Source: Oscillospiraceae bacterium
GTDB taxonomy: Bacteria; Bacillota; Clostridia; Oscillospirales; Oscillospiraceae
NCBI GenBank assembly: GCA_020025295.1
Contig: JAHHSJ010000005.1
Span: 5,538 to 69,537 of the forward strand
DNA: 64,000 nucleotides
Direction of reading: 5' to 3'
A model generated the notes under the pieces. That model saw only the letters and a program-made list of their open reading frames with translations. It was not told where the DNA came from and searched no databases. A program made the translations under genes and the position numbers. Shown here piece after piece: positions 46,972 through 54,422 of the stretch; the first letter of the stretch is position 1; every line of letters starts with the position of its first letter.

Positions 46972-47676
46972 TTATCCCCACAGAGGCCGATTTTGCGGCT
47001 TCTGTTCCGGTAAGTCAAAGTATTTTGCCTGCAAATGAAGCGGCAGTAGATTGGGCAGAACGCCCTTCAAGTCCTCAGCCACATCCGATCGCACCGTGTG
47101 CAAAAACACGGGGAGGTGACTGCGCTCGGACAGTGCGTGGATGAAATCCAGAGAGTCCAGCACCGTCTGGGGAGTGGTTTCGCTGCCCAGATTGGAGTTG
47201 TTTACAATATCAGTGAATTTCAGACCGCAGGCCGTTTCAATTTCTTCCATGACCTCCAGTGCATCCTCCGGCGTCCGGGTCAACGGGCGGTAGCAGTTGG
47301 CTACAAAGACCATGCGGTAGTTGTTTTCTTCTAAGATGAAGGGGGTGTAGCGCCCCAGCGCATAGGCCCCACGATCGTCGCCGCCGATGTCCATGATGCC
47401 CCAAGTGTTCCGGTCCTCTACCAGACGGTAGGCTTCCGCCGGCAGAGCGGGTAAATCCACATTGGAGTTGGCAAACTGGGGCGAAATCAGGTCTACACCG
47501 GCCTGTGCCAGCGTGTCGGCACTGTCTTTTGTGCGGAAATAGGGGTTCACAATGTCCAGATCTGCGATGCAGACATTCTTACCCAGCTCCGCCAGATGCA
47601 GGGCGTAGTTGACGGCAATATTGGTTTTTCCGGAGCCGTAGTGCCCTGCAAAGAGGGTCAGTCGTTTGTGTTCCAT
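46972..47676 (-). CDS. P-loop NTPase of the MinD/ParA/CooC-like (SIMIBI) type, function unknown
   Basis: The deviant Walker A FAGHYGSGKTNIAVNYA and DLDIVNPYF are present in a 234-aa ORF. GGAGGAAAC lies upstream. Confidence 0.65.
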   Translation of the reverse strand: MEHKRLTLFAGHYGSGKTNIAVNYALHLAELGKNVCIADLDIVNPYFRTKDSADTLAQAGVDLISPQFANSNVDLPALPAEAYRLVEDRNTWGIMDIGGDDRGAYALGRYTPFILEENNYRMVFVANCYRPLTRTPEDALEVMEEIETACGLKFTDIVNNSNLGSETTPQTVLDSLDFIHALSERSHLPVFLHTVRSDVAEDLKGVLPNLLPLHLQAKYFDLPEQKPQNRPLWG

Positions 47677-47693
47677 GTCGTTTCCTCCGGCGC

Positions 47694-49961
47694 TTACAGC
47701 TGATTGCGGATGATCTTTCCGCTGATGGTCTTAGGCAGGCTGTCCCGGAACTCCACGATTCTGGGGTACTTGTAGGGAGCCGTGTGCTGCTTGACATAGG
47801 TCTGGATTTCCTTCTTGAGCTCCTCCGAAGGCTGCTTGCCTTCCACCAGCACGATGCTGGCTTTCACGACCTGTCCTCGTACCTCATCCGGAGCGGCAGA
47901 TACGCCGCATTCCAGCACATAGGGCAGCTCCATGATGGTGCTTTCGATCTCAAAGGGCCCGATGCGGTAGCCGGAGGACTTGATTACATCGTCCGCACGG
48001 CTGACATACCAGTAGTAGCCATCCTCATCCCGCCAAGCCAAATCGCCGGTGTGATACAGGCCGTCGTGCCAGACGGCACGGGTCTTTTCCGGGTCCTGAT
48101 AGTAACCCAAAAACACGCCGCAGGAAGGTTCGCCGTCGGTGTGGATGACGATTTCGCCGTTGACGCCGTCGGGGACGGTGTTTCCGTCGGCATCCACCAG
48201 ATCGATGCCGTAGCCGGGGATGGGCTTGCCCATAGCGCCGGGCTTGAGCATCATGCCGCGCAGGCTGGCGATGCCGAGGGTCATCTCGGTCTGACCGAAG
48301 CCCTGCGCGATCTGCAATCCGGTGGCCTTCTCGAACTGATAGAATACCTCCGGATTGAGAGCCTCGCCGGCGGTGGTGGCGTGCTGGATGGAGGAGAGAT
48401 CGTAGTGGCTCAGATCCTGCTTGATGAGCATGCGGTACATGGTGGGGGGCGCACAGAAGGAAGTGATGTGATACTTGGCAAACATGGGGAGAATCTTCTC
48501 TGCGTCGAAGCGGTCGAAGTCGTAGGTGAATACGGCGCTCTCGCACAGCCACTGACCGTAAAGCTTGCCCCACAGGGCTTTGCCCCAGCCGGTTTCGGAG
48601 ATAGTGAAGTGCAGTCCGTCCCGGTCCGCCATCTGCCAGTACTTGGCGGTGACGAAGTGGCCCAGAGCGTACTTGTAGGAGTGCATGGCGATTTTGGGAT
48701 AGCCGGTGGTGCCGGAGGTGAAGAACATCAGCATCGGGTCGTTGCCACAGGGAGCATCCTCGGTCCGGAGATAACGGCGGCTGAACAGGCTGTACTCTTC
48801 ATCGTAGTTGTGCCAGCCCGCTCGGGAACCGCCCACCAGAATCTTGGTCATGGGGGGGCCCACCTGCTGCTCTGCCAGTTCCGCCTGATGGGCGGTGTCA
48901 CCGTCGGCGGTGCAAAGGATAGCGCTGACGCCGGCCGATTGAAAACGGTAGGTGAAGTCGTGTTCCACCAGCTGATTGGTGGCGGGGATGGCGATGGCAC
49001 CCAGCTTGTGCAGACCAAGGATGGCGAACCAGAACTGATAGTGCCGCTTGAGTACCAGCATCACCCGGTCGCCTCGTTTGATGCCGAGGGACTTGAAGTA
49101 GTTTGCGCTCTGGGAGGAGGCGTCCTTCATGTCCTTGAAGGTGAAACGGCGCTCAGTCAAGTCGTTTGCCACATAGAGCATGGCCAATTTGTCCGGCTCT
49201 CTCCGGGCAATGGCGTCCACCGTGTCAAAGGCGAAGTTGTAGGAGTTTTCGTCCTCAAAGTGCAGTCTCTTCAGCATGCCGTTCTCGTCCTCCTCCGGGT
49301 GGACGAACTTCTGGCACAGCAGCGGCTTACCGGACTTGTTGAAGCGGCTCTGACCGATGTAGAGCGGCTGGTCGGTGGTCTCGCTGACCATGATGATGGA
49401 AACGAATACGCAGTCCCGACCGTCGATGGCGATCATGCCGTGGGGGGTGGAGGACTTGTAGAAGATGCTGTCGCCTTCTCGCAGGACTTCCTCGTGCTCG
49501 CCCACCCGGACTCGGAGGGAGCCTTTCAGTACCAGGTTGAATTCCTGTCCGGCGTGGGTGGTGGTGTGGATGGGCTGATTCTGGAGTTCATCGGAGTATT
49601 CGTAGGTGACCCAGTAGGGGGTAGCCAGCTTCTTGCGGAAGAGAGGGGCCATGTCCTGAACGGTGATGCCGTCTTCGCTGGCGGTGACCAGACCCTTGCC
49701 CTTTCTCGTCACGGTGTAGCCGGTCAGCTTGGCACTGTGTCCTTCCAGCAAATCGGTGATTTCCAAACCGAACACTTTGGCACACTTGTGCATAAAGGTG
49801 AAGGGCAAGTCCGTAGTGCCGGATTCATACTGCCGGTACTGCTCTTCGGTATTTTCAGTCAGCTCTGCCATTTTCCGGATGCTGTAACCTAGAATGTCAC
49901 GCATCTCCCGGATTCGAAGGGCAATCTCCATCAACTGATTGGTCGTAGACTGTTTACTCAT
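47694..49961 (-). CDS. Fusion protein: XRE-type HTH + cupin domain + AMP-forming acyl-CoA synthetase (ANL superfamily)
   Basis: The N-terminal IREMRDILGYSIRKMAELTENTEEQYRQYESG is the HTH, and HAGQEFNLVLKGSLRVRVGEHEEVLREGDSIFY...PHG is the cupin. The ANL motifs FFTSGTTGYPK, GFGQTE, GDLAWRDEDGYYWYVSRADDVIKSSGYRIGPFEIE and PKTISGKIIR follow. Confidence 0.85.
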   Translation of the reverse strand: MSKQSTTNQLMEIALRIREMRDILGYSIRKMAELTENTEEQYRQYESGTTDLPFTFMHKCAKVFGLEITDLLEGHSAKLTGYTVTRKGKGLVTASEDGITVQDMAPLFRKKLATPYWVTYEYSDELQNQPIHTTTHAGQEFNLVLKGSLRVRVGEHEEVLREGDSIFYKSSTPHGMIAIDGRDCVFVSIIMVSETTDQPLYIGQSRFNKSGKPLLCQKFVHPEEDENGMLKRLHFEDENSYNFAFDTVDAIARREPDKLAMLYVANDLTERRFTFKDMKDASSQSANYFKSLGIKRGDRVMLVLKRHYQFWFAILGLHKLGAIAIPATNQLVEHDFTYRFQSAGVSAILCTADGDTAHQAELAEQQVGPPMTKILVGGSRAGWHNYDEEYSLFSRRYLRTEDAPCGNDPMLMFFTSGTTGYPKIAMHSYKYALGHFVTAKYWQMADRDGLHFTISETGWGKALWGKLYGQWLCESAVFTYDFDRFDAEKILPMFAKYHITSFCAPPTMYRMLIKQDLSHYDLSSIQHATTAGEALNPEVFYQFEKATGLQIAQGFGQTEMTLGIASLRGMMLKPGAMGKPIPGYGIDLVDADGNTVPDGVNGEIVIHTDGEPSCGVFLGYYQDPEKTRAVWHDGLYHTGDLAWRDEDGYYWYVSRADDVIKSSGYRIGPFEIESTIMELPYVLECGVSAAPDEVRGQVVKASIVLVEGKQPSEELKKEIQTYVKQHTAPYKYPRIVEFRDSLPKTISGKIIRNQL

Positions 49962-49984
49962 GGCAGTTTCATCCTTTCTGTGAC

Positions 49985-50245
49985 AATAAAAAAACTCGTC
50001 TCAAGATTAAATCTTGAGACGAGTTAAAATTCACCCGCGGTACCACTCAATTTGCGGCCTAGGCCGCCACTTCAGACTCCAACAAGCCCTATCCCTTAAC
50101 GCGGGCAGACGGGAGGAGTCTACTGGGGCAAACCGTTCGGTCCTCCGGCTCAGAAGTGATAGGTACTTGGAAGGGGAAAACATCGGCTCACACCACCCGC
50201 CGACTCTCTGAAGCTTTCGCAATTCCGACCGTCTTCATCAACGCC
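49985..50245 (-). promoter_or_regulatory. T-box riboswitch leader (Stem I with K-turn, AGAGA bulge, T-box sequence, terminator/antiterminator)
   Basis: The minus strand reads ...GGCGUUGAUGAAG...AGAGAGUCGG...CUUCUGAGCC...AAAUUGAGUGGUACCGCGGGUGAA. A 14-bp terminator hairpin (AACUCGUCUCAAGAU-uuaa-AUCUUGAGACGAGU) and UUUUUUU follow, 25 nt before the start codon. Confidence 0.85.
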
Positions 50246-50274
50246 TTTTTGTTATCTCGGTAATGATTGTGACA

Positions 50275-50303
50275 ACTTTACCACTTGCAAAAAAGCTTGT
50301 CAA
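50275..50303 (-). promoter_or_regulatory. Sigma-70-type promoter driving the T-box leader (TTGACA-17-TAAAGT on the minus strand)
   Basis: The hexamers lie at 50298-50303 and 50275-50280 in plus-strand coordinates. Confidence 0.6.
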
Positions 50304-50778
50304 GCGTTTTTTGCAGAGAATTTTTTCGACATCGGACGGGCTGAATTTCCGAAAAGAGAACAATTGTTGCCCTGAATGGACAGAAGAATTTTTCTCCAAT
50401 TTTGTGCAAGATGGTATAAAAATAACGAAAAATAAAAAGATTTACAACCGAAAAGTGACGCTGTTGGCGCCGCTGATTTTTTCAAAATTTGACGCCGGCT
50501 GCGGGTCAGACTGGTACGAAGTGCGAAATAAAATTTATTCATATTTCGAACTATCTTCTTCCCAGACGATGAGCTGAGTGCCCAGCGGATCGGCTGATTC
50601 TTCCGAAACAGAACCCTCTGCCGTGGAGCAGGAGCAATCAAATTCGCACACATCCTGTTCCTCTGACACCGGGCGAAAGGAGATAGCGATAAGCACCGGG
50701 ACAGGTGCCGTGGACGGAAATCAGCGCCTTTGCCATGCAGAGCGAAGCGGTATCTCCCATGATAGCGAGCCTCCGTGG

Positions 50779-51507
50779 CTATGCTGTGTCATCGTGAATC
50801 TGACCAATCAGAAGAAAACGCCCGTTCGTTGAGGCATCGGAGCAGGTGGAAAGCGTGATATAGTGCGCCTTCGGATCGGGAGCAACAGGGCGAACCAGCA
50901 GAGCGTGCTGGTTCACATAGTCCAGATACGCCGGATTTTCCTCTGGTTCTGTACTAAACAGAGTCGGATCATAGGCGTCTGCTTCCAAAAAGGCAAAGAA
51001 CTCAATGGTGTGCCAACTGCCGCTGTGGAATAAGCTTCCCTCAGTGTGGGTGTTGAAAAAATCTGGGCTGCTGAACCGTTCCAAGTCGCTGAACATGCCG
51101 CCTGTTTGCAGGTGATGCCCATAGAGGATGCTGTTCCCGTCGGAGAAGTTGGGGGCATTTCGAGCGTCCAGAAAGATGCTGCCGGACAGGGAGAACTGCC
51201 CGTTCACATCGGTGTTGACATATTTTGTGTTAGTTTCCGCTTGAACCAGAGGGGTGTCGATGTGGGTTCCATCCACCGTCAGCCAGCCGAACACCTCCGG
51301 GTTGCTTGCCTGTAAATCGGCGAAGGATTGGACCGAGTCCGGCTGAGGACGGTAGGACTGGAACACCGTCCCGTCCGCCTGTCGGCAAATCTGGGCGGAA
51401 TCCCATAGCCCATACGCTCCGTACAGCAGCAAGAGCAGAAAAAAGGCTGCAATCAGCCGCTGAAGCAGAGCGTCTGCCCGTCGGAGGAGAATGCAGCCGA
51501 ACCTCAT
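50779..51507 (-). CDS. srtB: Class B sortase
   Basis: The ORF has an N-terminal TM helix, then NPEVFGWLTVDGTHIDTPLVQ, SGSIFLDARN, ILYGHHLQTGGMFSDL and the catalytic TLSTC. Its ATG overlaps the pilin stop (ATGA). Confidence 0.85.
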   Translation of the reverse strand: MRFGCILLRRADALLQRLIAAFFLLLLLYGAYGLWDSAQICRQADGTVFQSYRPQPDSVQSFADLQASNPEVFGWLTVDGTHIDTPLVQAETNTKYVNTDVNGQFSLSGSIFLDARNAPNFSDGNSILYGHHLQTGGMFSDLERFSSPDFFNTHTEGSLFHSGSWHTIEFFAFLEADAYDPTLFSTEPEENPAYLDYVNQHALLVRPVAPDPKAHYITLSTCSDASTNGRFLLIGQIHDDTA

Positions 51508-52586
51508 TCACGATGAACGGAGTCTCTGCGTTTCAGCACCAACAGAAGAGTGAATGCGGCTGCGGCAGCAGCAATCAACAGGAAGAAGGGAAGCTCGTTG
51601 GTGTCGACGCCGGTGATGGGAATATCCTGATAGATGTTGACGAAAGCGGCCTTGTTGTCCTCTTCTCCCACCAGATTGTCGGTGGCGTCCGGGGAGAGGG
51701 AGGTCATGGCTTCGTCATCCATTGTGGCGTACTTGGTTTGGAACACCTGCCCGTTCTCTGTAACGGTAACGCTGGGAATATACCCATCCTTGGCTGCAAG
51801 CTCCGTGACGACATAGCGGGTGCCGGCAGGCAAATCGTCAAAGTTCAGTTTCTGCCCGTCATACAAAGTGAAGGCGACTTCCTGACCCACAGGGCAGCGG
51901 ACTTCCACGCCGTCAGGGCCATCTGTGTGACCGATAAACTCGGTTTCGCAGGAGGTGGCAGGAGCGTTGAATTTGATGACGAAATCAAAGGAGTGCTGTT
52001 TGTTTGCCAGGTCGCCCACGGTTTCCTTGGAAATTTCCAATTGGGCCGGCTTGGAAAAGATGTTGGTAAACCGGATTTCAGACTGTTTGACGAAATCCTT
52101 TTCCGCAGTGATGGTCTGGATATAAACAGAGCCATCATACTTGTTCGCCACATACACCCGGAGCGTGTAGACATCCTCGGAGTAAGCCATGGTGCCCTCA
52201 CCGGAGTAGGTGTTGGCAATCTCTTTCAGGGTGTACTCATAGAGTCCGGCGTGGGTGAAGGGAGCGAATACGATGGGGGAGGATTGGGTAATTCGAATCA
52301 GACCGGTTTCATCCTGCGTGTAGTCCGAACTGTCTCTGGCAGGATAGGTGATAGGGGCAATGGTTGCCTCGGGAGCGTCGCTAGTGACAGGGGTCAGCTC
52401 AAACTGAAAGGTGACGCAGGGGACGGAAATCCCCTCCGCCAGAACCAGTTCCTTGGTGACAACTGCACATGCGTCCCATGGTTCGGTCCCGGTCCCGATG
52501 GTGGGTACTTCGGCAGCAGAAGCCGGGCTGCCCAGAGCCAACACCATCGCAAGGGCAAGGAAAAGTGCGTGAAGCTTTTTCTTCAT
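51504..52586 (-). CDS. Cell-wall-sorted two-domain pilin-like protein (Spy0128/FctA-like isopeptide fold) with an IPITG sorting signal
   Basis: The signal peptide is MKKKLHALFLALAMVLALGSPASA. The pattern Lys...YxYxhxE...FxN recurs (VVTKEL / YEYTLKEI / IRFTNIF, then EISKET / YVVTELA / AAFVNIY). The C-terminal IPITG is followed by a hydrophobic helix and KRRD. Confidence 0.75.
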   Translation of the reverse strand: MKKKLHALFLALAMVLALGSPASAAEVPTIGTGTEPWDACAVVTKELVLAEGISVPCVTFQFELTPVTSDAPEATIAPITYPARDSSDYTQDETGLIRITQSSPIVFAPFTHAGLYEYTLKEIANTYSGEGTMAYSEDVYTLRVYVANKYDGSVYIQTITAEKDFVKQSEIRFTNIFSKPAQLEISKETVGDLANKQHSFDFVIKFNAPATSCETEFIGHTDGPDGVEVRCPVGQEVAFTLYDGQKLNFDDLPAGTRYVVTELAAKDGYIPSVTVTENGQVFQTKYATMDDEAMTSLSPDATDNLVGEEDNKAAFVNIYQDIPITGVDTNELPFFLLIAAAAAAFTLLLVLKRRDSVHRE

Positions 52587-52648
52587 AAAAAGAGTCCTTT
52601 CTGAAATCTTTTGTTCCCTTTGTGGGGGAAAGGAAGTGAAATCAAATC

Positions 52649-53179
52649 TCAGAACCCTCTGCGGCGGAGAAGGGTGATGACCAGCCCTTTGATCTCCTCT
52701 GCAGATACGGTACCGTAACTGCGGCTGTCTTTGGATTGAGGACGGTTATCGCTCAGAACAAAGAATTCCCCCGGCGGCACTGTGACAGGGAAGGAGCTGC
52801 CCTCTGTGTAGGGCAGCGTTTCCGTGGAAATGTCCGGCTCTTGCTGCAAGTAACCGTTGATTTGCAGACCGGCTTCCGTCAGGTCAACCACATCACCTCC
52901 CATAGCTACAATTCTTTGGATTTGGAGTTCCCCGTCCTTCTCCAGCACCACCACATCCCGGGGGCGGTATTCTTGCTGAAGGCGATAGTAAAAGACCAGA
53001 TCGCCGTCCTTGCAGGCCGGATGCATTCTGCTGTCGCTGCAACGGAAAAGGCCAAAGACAAACAGAAACATTCCGGCGATAAATAGAACAAAAATGGCAG
53101 CTTTCAGGAGAAAAAATCGCAGTTCGTGTTGGAAAGAACGCGTTTCTGCCGGAGTGCAGACAAAACCGGATTCAGACAT
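52649..53179 (-). CDS. Signal peptidase I (S26) paralogue lacking the catalytic Lys, with the catalytic Ser position uncertain; SipA/LepA-like pilus-assembly factor candidate
   Basis: I trimmed the start to MSESGF (AAGGGGA upstream). There is one TM helix. Box B reads SDSRMHPA, with Arg directly before the conserved Met-x-Pro where Ser is expected. Box D reads IQRIVAMGGD, with Gln in place of the catalytic Lys. Box E, SDNRPQSKDSRSYG, is retained. Confidence 0.7.
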   Translation of the reverse strand: MSESGFVCTPAETRSFQHELRFFLLKAAIFVLFIAGMFLFVFGLFRCSDSRMHPACKDGDLVFYYRLQQEYRPRDVVVLEKDGELQIQRIVAMGGDVVDLTEAGLQINGYLQQEPDISTETLPYTEGSSFPVTVPPGEFFVLSDNRPQSKDSRSYGTVSAEEIKGLVITLLRRRGF

Positions 53180-53609
53180 GGCAGCATCCCCTTGTTCCAT
53201 CCTGTACAGCAAACGGTGACACAGCGGAAATTTCCTTCCTAGCGCGTTCTCTGTGGCTAGGACGGGAAATTGCGGCTGAATACACAGGAAACATCGCTGT
53301 CGAAGGCAAAACGGCCGATTTTTGAAGTTGTTTTGCTGCTCGTGCATCCTTCATTTGCTCACAGTCCTTTCCATCCATGAAAAACACCGCAGTTCTGCGT
53401 CCGGGTACATGGGAGAAACGGTTTGATTGCTCCTTCTACCCGGATAATCTCATTGTATGAAGGATGGGTGAGCGTTGGACCGGACAGAGAGCGCAAAAAA
53501 GCAGCCGATCGTGAGATAGGCTGCTTGCTGCATTCGAAGAACGGTTTATGGGACATTCGGGGTGGTACTATAAGACTATCATAGGAAAGAAGAATGGGAG
53601 GTTTTCAGT

Positions 53610-54422
53610 ATGAACATGGAAGAGAAGGCAAAAAAGGCTCTCGGGAAGAACCTTCAAACGCCGAACAGCGGAAAAAAGAAACCGGGGGAATTTCATCCCT
53701 CGGTGGTGGAAATCCGCTTTCTCTCCAGCGGATTGACGCTGCCCTATTACAGTGATAATTTCGATCTGCAGGAGGGCGATATGGTCTATGTAGATGGAAA
53801 AATGGAGGGCAGACAAGGCGAAGTCGTGCGGGTCAGCCATAATTTCAAAATCGATCTGGATAACTACCACCGGGTGGTAGAAAAGCTGAATACCGAGGTA
53901 CATGGAACCTTTTACAGTGCCAAACACCACTTTTTCACGCTGGATCAGGATGCCATCCCGGTGGAACAGGTGCGCCCGTGGCTGATTGCCCCGAAGAAGA
54001 GTGTGGGCGGCTTGGTGATCGGCTGGGACGATTCCGGTTTTCCGCTGGACGATCTGGAACAGATGGATGTTTCGCCCCAGATTGCAGACCGGGGTGTGGA
54101 GTATTACCTCCATCATCAGGTGCTTTACCTGAATGTCAGCGGTACCAAGGGCTATGCCATCGTCCGAGGCAATCAGGCAGACCCCTATGAGGTGGAATTC
54201 TGCTATCAGGATGGGGAAATCAGCCGATTGACCTGCAACTGCTACTGCACCGACCATTGTAAGCACATGGTGGCAGTGATGCTGCAGCTGCGGGAAATGC
54301 TGGCAGTGATGCAGCAGCAAAATGAAAGCATTGCTCCCCTAAATAGCGACTTTTCCGCCATCTTGAAGGAAATTCTTACCTTCTATGCGGATTTGAAGCG
54401 GCGCCCCTCGTTCCGGCTGTAA
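53610..54422 (+). CDS. SWIM zinc-finger domain protein
   Basis: The C-terminal LTCNCYCTDHCKHMVAV is the CxCxnCxH SWIM motif. GGGAGG lies upstream. Confidence 0.7.
   Translation: MNMEEKAKKALGKNLQTPNSGKKKPGEFHPSVVEIRFLSSGLTLPYYSDNFDLQEGDMVYVDGKMEGRQGEVVRVSHNFKIDLDNYHRVVEKLNTEVHGTFYSAKHHFFTLDQDAIPVEQVRPWLIAPKKSVGGLVIGWDDSGFPLDDLEQMDVSPQIADRGVEYYLHHQVLYLNVSGTKGYAIVRGNQADPYEVEFCYQDGEISRLTCNCYCTDHCKHMVAVMLQLREMLAVMQQQNESIAPLNSDFSAILKEILTFYADLKRRPSFRL

Noticed and set aside
50263-50653. ORFs of 104 aa (plus strand) and 117 aa (minus strand) in the AT-rich stretch between the T-box promoter and the sortase locus.
   Set aside because: They have no RBS, low-complexity composition and an overlap with the promoter of the T-box leader. 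I do not consider them coding.
53568-54320. A 250-aa minus-strand ORF.
   Set aside because: It lies antisense to the SWIM-domain gene, which has a strong RBS and the CxCxnCxH motif.
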